This document shows positions 18,760 through 29,300 of a stretch of 64,000 nt of DNA, one piece after another. The DNA is from a bacterium (GTDB taxonomy: Bacteria; Bacteroidota; Ignavibacteria; Kapaibacteriales; UBA2268): NCBI GenBank assembly GCA_043804925.1, contig JAZDIP010000106.1, positions 796 through 64,795 of the forward strand, in the 5' to 3' direction. The notes under the pieces were generated by a model. It had not been told where the DNA came from and did no database searches. It worked only from the letters and a program-made list of their open reading frames with translations. Both the position numbers and the translations under genes were made by a program. Within the stretch, counting starts at the first letter, position 1, and each line of letters opens with the position of its first letter.

Positions 18760-20373
18760 ATGATGATGAAATTTTATGTGATATTATTTTTTATGGTGAA
18801 TTTGCTGAATGCCCAGCAAAATCAGCCGACACCGGGTACTTCCTCGAAGCCATTGGAATTACCTAACTTTATTATTGAAGGAAAAGAGCAAGTGGATGTT
18901 CGCTCAGGGATAAAGCAATTTCCTGAAAAACCTTTGGCAATGTCTCAAGACAATTTAGATTCATTGAATTCACTCGAAAAACAACAATCCTTGCTATTAC
19001 CTCCACAACCTTTGCCCAATAAAATTTTGAATTCCGATTATAAGAAAGGTTATGCAATGGTTGGAATCGGAAGATTTGCTTTTGCAAATGTAGAAGCAGG
19101 TTACGAATATGATTATAAGGAATACAGTTTTTTTGCTAATGCAGGACTTGACTATAGTGGTGAGCATGTAGCAAATTCAGGGTACAATAAGTTCCATTTG
19201 AATTTATTTACCGATTACATAGCTCCCGATAAATTCTTCATTTTTGGAGGCAGTAAAACTCGCTCCACCCTTAAAATCAACCAGACAAATTATAATCTTT
19301 ATGCAGTTGAAAATCCCGTTGAACGAAGTATTTTTAATTTGAATCTTGGAATTGAATCCGATGGGAATTATTCCAATTTCAGTTTCTCAACCGGTGCCAA
19401 TTTCCGGACATTACAACTATCTGATTTCTTGACTGATTCGATTGATTCGAAAGCATTCGATAATCTTTTAAGCGGCTACATAATGGTAAAAAATCTCGGA
19501 CACGATTATGAACTGGGTGGCAAAGTTAAAGCAGATTTGGAGTCAGTATGCGGTAACGGTGTTCATTACTTCGAAGCCGGATTATTTGGTAGCTTTAAAA
19601 TCGGAAAAATTACTATTAATCTCGAAAGCGGGCTACAGTTTGGCGGTACTTCTAATGATGTAAGCCGTGGGGGTTTACTGATTAAAGCTATCGCAGATTA
19701 TCAATTAAATGAAAAATTCACTATTAAGGCAAGTGTATTTACCGGATTAAGAAAAGTCATGTATTTTGATATAATCGAAATAAATCCCTTTACCCAAAGG
19801 TCAGCCGGTGTTGATTATATTTATGATACTCCCATGTTAAAAGGGATGCTGTATTATCATCCTTTGGAAAATATCGGCTTGTCTGCAGGTCTGACTGTTT
19901 CTTCTTCCGACAGAACTCCCGTCTTCGATACGTTGACAGTGGATGCATTTACTTTGAAATACGAAAGAGTAAATAAAATTGACCTTTTTAGTGAGGGCTT
20001 TTATAAAATAACAGCTAAGGATAATATTACATATTATGGAGCATTTGATTATTCAACATTATCAAATAATGGAAATATTGCACCGTACAATCCGTTACTA
20101 AAATTATCAATTGATTACAACAGAAAGTTGCTTGAGGATAAACTTGATATTGTTGTAGGATTTAATTATATTGGCAAAAGGTATGCAGACTTTAACAACG
20201 AAATTGCTTTAGATGGTTATATTGATTTAAGATTAAAATTTGCATATAAATTGTTGGAAGATTTTAATATTCAGTTGAGATTGGAAAATTTATTGAACTC
20301 GGATATTTATATCTGGCAGGATTACAAGGAAAGAGGATTGTTCTTTGGATTAGGAGCTTATTATCAGTTTTAA
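18760..20373 (+). CDS. Hypothetical outer-membrane beta-barrel protein
   Basis: Signal peptide. Alternating aromatic/hydrophilic strands. The C-terminus ...GAYYQF is a typical OMP terminal Phe. Confidence 0.6.
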   Translation: MMMKFYVILFFMVNLLNAQQNQPTPGTSSKPLELPNFIIEGKEQVDVRSGIKQFPEKPLAMSQDNLDSLNSLEKQQSLLLPPQPLPNKILNSDYKKGYAMVGIGRFAFANVEAGYEYDYKEYSFFANAGLDYSGEHVANSGYNKFHLNLFTDYIAPDKFFIFGGSKTRSTLKINQTNYNLYAVENPVERSIFNLNLGIESDGNYSNFSFSTGANFRTLQLSDFLTDSIDSKAFDNLLSGYIMVKNLGHDYELGGKVKADLESVCGNGVHYFEAGLFGSFKIGKITINLESGLQFGGTSNDVSRGGLLIKAIADYQLNEKFTIKASVFTGLRKVMYFDIIEINPFTQRSAGVDYIYDTPMLKGMLYYHPLENIGLSAGLTVSSSDRTPVFDTLTVDAFTLKYERVNKIDLFSEGFYKITAKDNITYYGAFDYSTLSNNGNIAPYNPLLKLSIDYNRKLLEDKLDIVVGFNYIGKRYADFNNEIALDGYIDLRLKFAYKLLEDFNIQLRLENLLNSDIYIWQDYKERGLFFGLGAYYQF

Positions 20374-20522
20374 GTTTTAAGCTCTTTATTTATTTCTTTA
20401 AAATATTTTTAGTTTGGTTTTACTATCTTCTATTTTCTAACTTCAAATATCTATTTGTCGAAGGATGATGGAGTAAATCAATTATAGAAAAAATTTTGTT
20501 AATTTTATAGTTTCTTAGGTCT

Positions 20523-21374
20523 ATGGATAATGATATTAAAAACAGCAAAATACCTGAATTCGAAGATGAATCGTTTCGTCTCGATGATATGGATGAATAT
20601 CCCGGAGAAATCCCGGGTGATAGTCAACCGTCGTCAGCTAGCAGTCGACAGTCAACAGTCAACAGTCAACAGTCAATTGACAGCAGACAACAATCCGTAA
20701 GAAGTGGAAAAGGACTACTTTTAGCGTTGCTATTCATTGCAGGACTTGCTTTGATTATTATGTTTTGTGCTTTGATTTATGATTGGGGAGTAAATCGTGG
20801 TGGCTTTGATGATATTGCAAACATATTCGGTTCTGAAAAAAAGGAAATCGTTAAAGGCAAAGAAGTCATTGTCGAAAAAGACTTGCCGGAGTATGAAGAG
20901 TATATGGAATCAAAGAAATCTGAAATGGAAGAAGGTAATGAAGTATATGAGGAAGAAACTGTTGAGCAACCTGAAGCATTCGAAATACCGGATAATATGC
21001 TCAGCAATCCTGATAGACAAAAGCCAAAAGTTACTAAGCCTGCGACTGCAAAACAGACTCAGGATTCAAAGGTAGATTTGGAAGATGTTCCTTATCCTGA
21101 CAATGTAAATAACAGAATTCGAAAATCTCCTGTAAAAGAAGCAGACTATCTTTTTACCGTGCAGGTTTATGCTTCTCCTTCTCAGGATGATGCTGAAGCA
21201 TGGAAAGAAAAGCTGTTGAAACAAAATATTAGTGACGTTAGCATTACAACACAGAAAATCAAGAATAGAGATTGGTTCAGAGTCAGATTCGGAACTTTTA
21301 ATTCTGCCGGCGAAGCCCGAAAAGCAGCAATTAAATCCGGTTTTGCTAATGCATGGGTAGACAGGGTAAAGTAA
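20523..21374 (+). CDS. SPOR domain-containing membrane protein
   Basis: A TM helix (LLLALLFIAGLALIIMF), an acidic linker, and a C-terminal SPOR-like domain (YTVQVYASPSQDDAEAWKEKL...WFRVRFGTFNSAGEARKAA). It contains a heptanucleotide CAGTCAA x5 coding repeat at 20642-20676. Confidence 0.75.
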   Translation: MDNDIKNSKIPEFEDESFRLDDMDEYPGEIPGDSQPSSASSRQSTVNSQQSIDSRQQSVRSGKGLLLALLFIAGLALIIMFCALIYDWGVNRGGFDDIANIFGSEKKEIVKGKEVIVEKDLPEYEEYMESKKSEMEEGNEVYEEETVEQPEAFEIPDNMLSNPDRQKPKVTKPATAKQTQDSKVDLEDVPYPDNVNNRIRKSPVKEADYLFTVQVYASPSQDDAEAWKEKLLKQNISDVSITTQKIKNRDWFRVRFGTFNSAGEARKAAIKSGFANAWVDRVK

Positions 21375-21403
21375 TTACTAATTATGAATTATGAAATACG
21401 AAT

Positions 21404-21500
21404 TGATTGAAAATTGTAAAATTGAAAATTGTGATTTGATTGAAAATTGTAAAATTGAAAATTGTGATTTGATTGAAAATTGTAAAATTGAAAATTGAAA
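21404..21500. repeat. 33-bp tandem repeat x ~2.9 (TGATTGAAAATTGTAAAATTGAAAATTGTGATT) immediately upstream of tonB-like gene
   Basis: Direct visual tandem copies. Each contains an internal 11-mer sub-repeat GAAAATTGTRA. Confidence 0.75.
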
Positions 21501-21507
21501 ATTTAAT

Positions 21508-22284
21508 ATGTATGTTCCGTTAAGAGATGAAAGCCAGCCATTGCAGATAAAAATCCCATGGGATAAAAATACTGCCCGTGGTTTTTTTGCAGCTTTGGTT
21601 ATTACTTTTATTTTGCTTTGGGCATCTCCAATTTGGGATTACTTATCTCCCCCAATTCCTGTAACAAACCAAATTAATACAATTCCACTTGAGTTAATTA
21701 ACTTCGGTGAAGGAGACGGAACAGGACTAAGTAAAGGTAATCTTGCTGACGAAGGAAGGGCTCATAAAGGGCAGGAACCCATGTCTGATATGCATGATGC
21801 CGAAGTTGCCGCTAAAACAAAATACAATCAGAATGCTGTCTCTGCCAATCCTGAAGATGCAAGTGATTTTGTTCCAAAAAGCGAATTATCTTCAGACAGG
21901 AAAAATGAAAAGGATGCCGGTTCGGGTACTCGTGATGTAGGAACAAAAGATGGAACTGCCGATGGAACCGGACTTGGCGAAAAAGGTTTTGGACCCGGCT
22001 TAGGTCCGGGCATCGGACCTATTGACTGGGGTGGTGGAGGAAATAGAACAGTACTGTACAAAAAACTTCCACAATATCCCAGCGGAGTAAATACTTCCGC
22101 AGAAATAAAAATCAGGTTTACAGTTTCTCGTGATGGAATAGTGATTAGCATGGTTCCTTTGCAAAAGGGAGACCCCGCTCTCGAGCAGGCGGCAATGAAA
22201 GCTTTGAAGCAATGGCGATTCAATCCTTTAAAGGATGATAAAACTATGTACGGAATAATTACTTTCACTTTCAGGTTGAGTTAA
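21508..22284 (+). CDS. TonB family energy transducer
   Basis: N-terminal TM anchor, a Gly/Pro-rich spacer (GFGPGLGPGIGPIDWGGGGN), and a C-terminal TonB-C fold motif (RFTVSRDGIV...ALKQWRFNP). Confidence 0.8.
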   Translation: MYVPLRDESQPLQIKIPWDKNTARGFFAALVITFILLWASPIWDYLSPPIPVTNQINTIPLELINFGEGDGTGLSKGNLADEGRAHKGQEPMSDMHDAEVAAKTKYNQNAVSANPEDASDFVPKSELSSDRKNEKDAGSGTRDVGTKDGTADGTGLGEKGFGPGLGPGIGPIDWGGGGNRTVLYKKLPQYPSGVNTSAEIKIRFTVSRDGIVISMVPLQKGDPALEQAAMKALKQWRFNPLKDDKTMYGIITFTFRLS

Positions 22285-22286
22285 AT

Positions 22287-22445
22287 ATGTTTGAATCAAT
22301 AATAAATTTCTTTAATGGATTGCCGCTTTATGCACAAATAGCGGTTGTGATACTTCTTTTGATGTTAATTATTTCTATCACAAAGAAATTCATCAAACTC
22401 GCAATTTTCATTGTGATTTTGATTGTGTTGGCTGTGATGATATTT
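22287..22445 (+). CDS. Possible small 2-TM membrane peptide (52 aa)
   Basis: ATG 3 bp after the tonB stop. The ORF is entirely hydrophobic. It is not in the ORF track (<60 aa). Confidence 0.3.
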
Positions 22446-22721
22446 TGAATTTGAAAACATGGAATATTAATTTTCATGTTATTTATTAACTGGCTAAATA
22501 AAATAGATTAAATACAAGTGCACAACTTTTAGACAAATATTTTACTTGCGGTGACACAAAGGAATAAGAGATATTAAATACTTGAGAAACGATTATTTGT
22601 TATATTGAGAGATTGGAATGAGTGAATAAAAAATATGTTAATGGATAATAAATAAATTTAGTTGTAATTAAATTAACTATTTATTTATATTTAACATTAA
22701 TAATTTAGCTAAATTTGTAGT

Positions 22722-23630
22722 ATGGAAAAAATGAAAAATATGATTGTTGAAAGAAAATATTTGCCAGCCTTAAGTAAGCTCTTTTCGGCAATTGTGATGA
22801 ATAGTATTGAACAAAAAGGAACTTCTAAATATATGATAGAAGTTTGTAAAAATAGTGGAATGGATAAGTATCTTGATCCTTCAATAAAGATATCTCAAGT
22901 GTTTGATCTTGTTTATAACTTAATCATTAAAGATTATAGAAATGAGTATATATATAAAAATATTATTGTTCAAAAATTACTTCTTGGTAAACACTCGCTT
23001 AATACAACACAACTATTGACAGAGTTTAGAATAGGAAAAAATAAAGCAGATGTAATATTATTAAACGGTACTTCCTATGTTTACGAAATTAAATCCGAGT
23101 ATGACTCCTTAAAACGGTTGGAAATTCAATTGCGTTCTTATTTAGATGCTTTTGATTTTATAAATGTTATTACATATCCATCCTTAGTTAACAAGATTCT
23201 ACCAGTTATTTCAGATAAAATTGGTGTTTTAGTTTTGACGAATAAAAATACCATATCAACAATTCGCCGACCAAAATCAAATAGAAAAAATATTAATCCT
23301 TTGGTTTTATTTGATTCTCTTAGAAAAGACGAATATTTAAATATAATCAATAAATATTATAGATATATTCCAGATGTACCAAATACAAAAATAAATAAAT
23401 ACTGTAAAGAATTATTTTCAAAAATACCTCCAAATGAAGCACATGATTTGGTTATTAATGTATTAAAAGAAAGAAATCATTCAAATATACTCAAAGAATT
23501 TATCAACAAAGCACCTAAATCTACTTTTGCCTATGCTTTAAGTATTGGTGATAAAAAAAAGAAGTTAGAAAGACTTATTGAGATATTTGATTCAAAGATT
23601 GAGTATAAGAGTTTTTCAAAAGTAAATTAG
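22722..23630 (+). CDS. PD-(D/E)xK-type nuclease-fold protein, sce7726-like (recalled from memory)
   Basis: 302 aa. A candidate catalytic core ADVILLNGTSYVYEIKSE (D ... E-x-K). The coding sequence is AT-rich compared with its neighbours. Confidence 0.55.
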   Translation: MEKMKNMIVERKYLPALSKLFSAIVMNSIEQKGTSKYMIEVCKNSGMDKYLDPSIKISQVFDLVYNLIIKDYRNEYIYKNIIVQKLLLGKHSLNTTQLLTEFRIGKNKADVILLNGTSYVYEIKSEYDSLKRLEIQLRSYLDAFDFINVITYPSLVNKILPVISDKIGVLVLTNKNTISTIRRPKSNRKNINPLVLFDSLRKDEYLNIINKYYRYIPDVPNTKINKYCKELFSKIPPNEAHDLVINVLKERNHSNILKEFINKAPKSTFAYALSIGDKKKKLERLIEIFDSKIEYKSFSKVN

Positions 23631-23640
23631 AGGTTAAAAT

Positions 23641-24579
23641 ATGTATTATCCATATTTAAGGGGAAAACAATTTGAATTAATTTTACTGAGAGATAACGCC
23701 GAATTTATTTCAAAGAATAATATATATCCGATTATAGAACCAGTGAAAACTGATTATAATGCACTACTGCGTGCTATAAAAATATTAAATGAAAATAACG
23801 TAGATTTTGTTTTAGTTGTTAATCCACAAGTTGGTGAAAAACCTATTGATTTTAAAAATTTTTTACAAACTCTTGAATCAGGGAATTTTCTAAAAAACTC
23901 AAAATTATCAATAGGATATATTCTCAATTCAAAATCAAAAATAAAAGAGATTGAATTTCTATTTAACAAATATATACATAACAGTTTTTCAATCATTCAT
24001 TATGGAAGTTCATTTGATAAAGAAATAATAAATATTTTAAAAGAACAAAAAAACATTAATAGACATATTTTTATTGATGGTTTTGCTGGAAAATTATATC
24101 AAAGACAATTCAAGGGTGATGGAATAGCCAGAGCTTTAATTAGAAATGGGTTTAAAGCAAAAAAGAAAAATTCAGATTACCCCTATAATGAGCATTTCTC
24201 TGATTTACATGTTACATATGACGATGAAGGAATGGAAGGATTTGGAGATTTTTTAATCGTTGGAGATGATTATTCAGAAACAGGGGGACCAGCTTATGCA
24301 GTTGCTATTCATTTAACATATATTGATAATGAAGATATGTTTATTTATCATTTTATCTCTGATAGAACTGACTCCCCAACTGATCCTGGAGGTAAATTTT
24401 TTGAAGCACTAGAAAAACTTGTCTCAGAGGTAAATAAACCAAATTCACTTATTTTTAGGTCAAAAGCTTGCCATGAATATTTGAATCTATTTAAAAGAAA
24501 GCATTATCCTGGACTTGGATTTATTAAAAAATTGTCAATGCAACATCATATCGAACTAATGGCTGATTTTTTAAAATAA
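23641..24579 (+). CDS. sce7725-like hypothetical protein (recalled from memory), partner of the upstream gene
   Basis: 312 aa. The N-terminus MYYPYLRGKQFELILLRDN resembles the sce7725 family start. It starts 10 bp after the previous stop, with a GAGGT RBS. Confidence 0.5.
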   Translation: MYYPYLRGKQFELILLRDNAEFISKNNIYPIIEPVKTDYNALLRAIKILNENNVDFVLVVNPQVGEKPIDFKNFLQTLESGNFLKNSKLSIGYILNSKSKIKEIEFLFNKYIHNSFSIIHYGSSFDKEIINILKEQKNINRHIFIDGFAGKLYQRQFKGDGIARALIRNGFKAKKKNSDYPYNEHFSDLHVTYDDEGMEGFGDFLIVGDDYSETGGPAYAVAIHLTYIDNEDMFIYHFISDRTDSPTDPGGKFFEALEKLVSEVNKPNSLIFRSKACHEYLNLFKRKHYPGLGFIKKLSMQHHIELMADFLK

Positions 24580-24592
24580 AAGAAATAATATT

Positions 24593-25609
24593 ATGCTTTA
24601 TTGCTGCCCAAATTGTTTTACAGATATTTTTTTACAAAATCAAATACGAGCTCTTAGTAAGAAACAGGGTAATTGCTCATTTTGTAAAACAAAAAATACC
24701 AAATTAATTAAACCAATAGAATTAATTGATCGATTTGAGCCTTTGTTAAATCTATATGAAAAAGATAATAATGGATTATATCTCAACGAATTAATACAAT
24801 CTGACTGGAAGGTTTTTCAATTCAAAAACTCATCAAGCCAAAAAAAATTATTAAATGCACTTTCGGATGATTTTACTGATTATAGTAAAAAATATAGACC
24901 AATTTTATCAAAGGAACGCAAAAATATTGAGCAATGGGAAAGTTTTAGAGAAGAGTTGAAGCATCATAACAGATTTTTCCCGAAAAACGCAATCAATCTT
25001 AATCAATTGGAGCCATTTGGCAAATATCTCGGATTAATACTTAAGCCAGGTTCACAAAAGTTCTACCGAGCTAGATTGAATACAACAGGCAAACCTATTG
25101 TATTATCGAAAATGGGTAAACCACCTAATAATATTGTTTCAAATGGGAGGGCTAATCCACTTGGAATTTCTTATTTATATGTTGCATCTACCATTGATAC
25201 TGCAATTGCAGAAATTAGAGGACAAAAAGGTGAATTAATTACTGTTGCTGAATTCGAATTAAAAAAAAATTTGGAATTAGCAGATTTACGAGATCCTATT
25301 AAAACAATTAGCCCATTTGATTTTAACTCTAATGATGAATTAGAATTGATATATAAAAATATGCCTTTTCTGATTTTACTCGGTAATGAACTATCAAAAC
25401 CCGTTATGCCAAGGGAGGCAAATTTAGAATATCTTCCGAGCCAATACCTTTCTGAATTATTTAAACATATTGGTTTCCACGGAATAATATATAGAAGCTC
25501 TATTTCAGATGGAAATAATTACGTAATTTTTGAAGATAAAAGATTAAAACCTTATAATACATATCAGTTTATAATTAAAGACGTACAAACTTTTCATGAA
25601 AAAATTTAA
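24593..25609 (+). CDS. Zinc-ribbon + RES-domain protein (putative NAD+-targeting effector)
   Basis: N-terminal C4 zinc ribbon: CCPNCF...(22 aa)...CSFCKT. RES-domain hallmarks: GRANPLGISYLYVASTIDTAIAEI (Arg/Glu) and GIIYRSSISDGNNYVIF (Ser). Confidence 0.65.
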   Translation: MLYCCPNCFTDIFLQNQIRALSKKQGNCSFCKTKNTKLIKPIELIDRFEPLLNLYEKDNNGLYLNELIQSDWKVFQFKNSSSQKKLLNALSDDFTDYSKKYRPILSKERKNIEQWESFREELKHHNRFFPKNAINLNQLEPFGKYLGLILKPGSQKFYRARLNTTGKPIVLSKMGKPPNNIVSNGRANPLGISYLYVASTIDTAIAEIRGQKGELITVAEFELKKNLELADLRDPIKTISPFDFNSNDELELIYKNMPFLILLGNELSKPVMPREANLEYLPSQYLSELFKHIGFHGIIYRSSISDGNNYVIFEDKRLKPYNTYQFIIKDVQTFHEKI

Positions 25610-25634
25610 TTATTGTTAAGATGTTTTTAACACA

Positions 25635-26240
25635 TCACTTAAAAACTCCTGACAAGTCCACTGCTGAATAAACAAGCAATAAGCATAGTATAAAATTTAT
25701 TATATTTATAATTCTTTCATTTCGCAAATGCTTTTTTAATCCTGCTCCGAACAATGCCCATAGTGTTACTGAAATCAGAGCAATGAAAGAAAACAATATT
25801 GAAAAACCAATTAACAGCAATAAATCTTGTGTTATTGGCAACAAAAATGTGGAATACAATGTTAATCCGAAGATTATACCTTTTGGATTTACAAACTGAA
25901 GAATAATTCCTTTAAAAAATGATTTCGATGCTGAACTTTCATCTTCCATATCATATTTTGCCCTGAATAAACCTATTGCCAGCCATAGAATATATATGGC
26001 TCCAATACATCTGAAAGTCGAATGATATAATTGAAAAAAATTATTAAGCGATGATGACAGCCCTGCAGAGATAAGCTGAATAATAAGGAAACCTGTAGCA
26101 ACACCAAATGTAAAACCAATTGCTCTTTTATACCCGTCTTGAATCCCAATAGCAGCACTTGTTAAATTATTGGGTCCCGGTGTAAAAGTTGTAATAATCA
26201 CAAACGTGAAAAGCGACAACCAGTTAATATCCATAATCAT
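25635..26240 (-). CDS. LysE/RhtB family amino-acid exporter
   Basis: About 200 aa, 6 TM helices, N-terminal FTPGPNNL motif. Confidence 0.8.
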   Translation of the reverse strand: MIMDINWLSLFTFVIITTFTPGPNNLTSAAIGIQDGYKRAIGFTFGVATGFLIIQLISAGLSSSLNNFFQLYHSTFRCIGAIYILWLAIGLFRAKYDMEDESSASKSFFKGIILQFVNPKGIIFGLTLYSTFLLPITQDLLLLIGFSILFSFIALISVTLWALFGAGLKKHLRNERIINIINFILCLLLVYSAVDLSGVFK

Positions 26241-26322
26241 TTTAATTTAAAAAAATGAGGAATCCGTTTAAATATCATACGAATTCCTCATAACCTAAAA
26301 ACCTAATTGCCTAATCCCCTAA

Positions 26323-29300
26323 CTACCTAACCTTAATAAACGGCATCGTATAAGTCTTCATACCGCTTGTGATTCGAATGTAATATGCTCCCGATGTCAG
26401 TGATGATACTTCAAAAGATACATTTTCCGCATTGCTATCAAATGACATTCTTTCATATCCGAGATTATCCAAAATTGTAATCGTACTATTGAAAATATTT
26501 GCCTGTTTAAATGAAATATTAATTATACTTCCGACTGGATTCGGATATAAAGATATAATCTTTTCTGCATCCTCATCAACCGAACTGCCGAAGGAATAAT
26601 ATAACATTATATCAACGTATGATGGTTCACTTTGAGTTAATGTAATTGTTCTTTCTGCATTAATATCAGCCAAACCGACTTTTTCTGCGGCTATTTTCCA
26701 TTGGTTCAATCCTAAATTGGATAAAGAATAATATCCATTTTGAGAATCGTAAGTATATGTATATTTACAAATTTTGCCTGCCTGGTCGGAAGCAAATACA
26801 GTAACACCAAGAGGTAACATTTGTGTATATGAAACACTCATCATATTAAAAATAATCATTTCCACAGTACCGCTAATTTTCCCGGCACCACTGGTAGGAG
26901 TGACTTTTTCAGTTTTAATATATATATCTTCTATCAAACCGCCGGAAGCTTCAATAATATTAGTTTTACGCCATGAATAAACAGGTTCAGCTTCTTCTGA
27001 ATAATATGCAGGATAATAATTCAAATCTGCAGGATATGCCCTGACAATATAATTACTACTAATCGGTACAACAAGATTATAATTTCCATCTGTTGCTACA
27101 GTCGAATTTACATAATCAACAGAATATTTCAATGCATCCGAACCTTCGGCTTCTTCAATTTTGTATGCAACAACAACAGCAGGAATTGGCAAGGCACTTT
27201 CGTCTAATATTGCCCCCTCTATATTAACGGTACTTTTTGGCAGTTGTTCCAATTCAAAATCAAAGTCATTTTTGTTGATGTTTTTCATTAGAGGTGCTTC
27301 GGCAAAATCATATAAAGAAGGATAGAACTGTGCAGAGTATTGACCATCTTTTACTGCGAATGCCCTGAAAGCAGTATCTTTTCCTATCTCGAAAGAGAAA
27401 TTACCATCTGCATCCGTAAATACCGTCCTGATTTCACCTGTTTCCAAAATGAAATGGACACTTGCATCTTCTATTGTAGCAGAATTGTCATTTGTAACCA
27501 CACCACTGATTTTATATTTAATGATTTTATCAGTAACCATTGCCGTAATATCCAAAGTATCTCCTGCAGTTAATGAAAGCTTCTCGGCATCGGCAAAATC
27601 AGTTTTGTTATTGTACCAGCAATCCTGAAATAATTCTCCCATTAGGTGCAAATAATAATCTCCGCCCGGGACTGCAAACAGAGCTTTAGCTTCGGCATCA
27701 GTTGACAAAGTAAATGTCGAACTGAAATCCGTGGGGTATAAGTTTAAGGTTGCATCAGGATAAATTACTGAACCTTGCTTAACCAGAACCGATAAATACG
27801 CAGTACCGGAACCTTCCAAGACATCTATTTTCCATGACTGCTGTATATTAACAGCCGGATTATTTTTTAAGTATGCTTCCAGTGTTACTGAAAAAGTCCC
27901 TGAACTTTCGGGAGTCCAATTTATCAATCCCGATGATTTGCCAACTATCATACCAACAGGTGCTTCTGCTAATTCGAACAATACAGTATCTATGCTATTT
28001 GTGATGGCTTCTGCATCATAAGAATAAAGTTGTCCAACATTTGCTTTGGTTGTTGGAGTTGATTTAAAGCTGATTGTAGGATTAGTGTGTGAATGTCTAT
28101 CAAGATATATCGCAACTACTTTTGTCCTATCTATTTCATTCACATAAACATCGTCGGAAGTATAATACTGATATCCGATTTTATCAACCTTTATTGTATA
28201 ATGGTCGGATGCTATATCACGAAAACTAAAACCGCCGTGTTGGTTCGTCGTTTGTATTGAAACAATTGCATTTTTACTATTTAAAAGATAAACAACCGCT
28301 CCCTGAATACTTTCATCTGCCTGAGTCTTTTCATTTTTCAAATCAATAACATTATTATTAATAAAAACTCCACCGTAAATATTGTACTCACCGTCAGGAT
28401 ATGTTGTTGCTCTCACAACCATCAGATGATTAATAAACTCAGTGTTCTCATCAACATTAATTAATGTTGCATCAAACCAATGCGGTACAACTTCTTCAGT
28501 TATATGATAGAAACCGGATGTATAGTTACCATAAGGAATGGCTCTAACGATATATTTCCCGGATTCAAGATTCCTGAAAGTAAAATTCCCATTATCATCG
28601 CTTTCAATAGTTCTTACACCGGATGTTTCCTGATGCTTGTATAGAATTAGCATTGCCTTAACTCCGGTACCCATATTATCCCTGACCTTTCCGTTTATAG
28701 CATTTAATGATACCGGATATTCTTTGAGTACAAAATTAAGATTTTCGATATCTTCATTTTCAATAACTAAATATTCTGATTCAAGATAATCGTATGAATT
28801 ATTATAATACATTGGAATAAATTTTTTGGGATTATAATCATCATAAGCGATTATTTTATAATGATAACGATTATTTAATTCAATCGAATAAAAACCATCA
28901 TTTGCAGTTGAAACCGTATAAATGTTATTAATTTTATTCAAATATAGTTCAATAACTTCAACAGTACCAGGATACACAGGATAACCTGTGCTTTCTTCAC
29001 TTATATAACCACTGACAGTATGAAGTTCATATGTTTCAACATCAATTTCGATATTTTGAGTTTGTCCGCAAGCTATCTCAACTATATTTGCGTCAAATTC
29101 GAAATCCTGATTGGCATACCATTCAGAAATTAAGTTATCTCCTGATACATAAACTACATAAGCCCCTTCAAGAACTTCAATACTAAAATATCCTGTTTCA
29201 TCAGTTGTCGCATAATAATAAACAGTTGTATCTATTGGAAACAAAGATTTAACTGTGATATTTGCACCGGAAACAGGTTCATCATTTTGATTATTAACAT

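Noticed and set aside
21828-22268. 146-aa minus-strand ORF inside tonB-like gene
   Set aside because: It is the antisense translation of the Gly/Pro-rich linker (PGPKPGPKP…), a typical shadow ORF.
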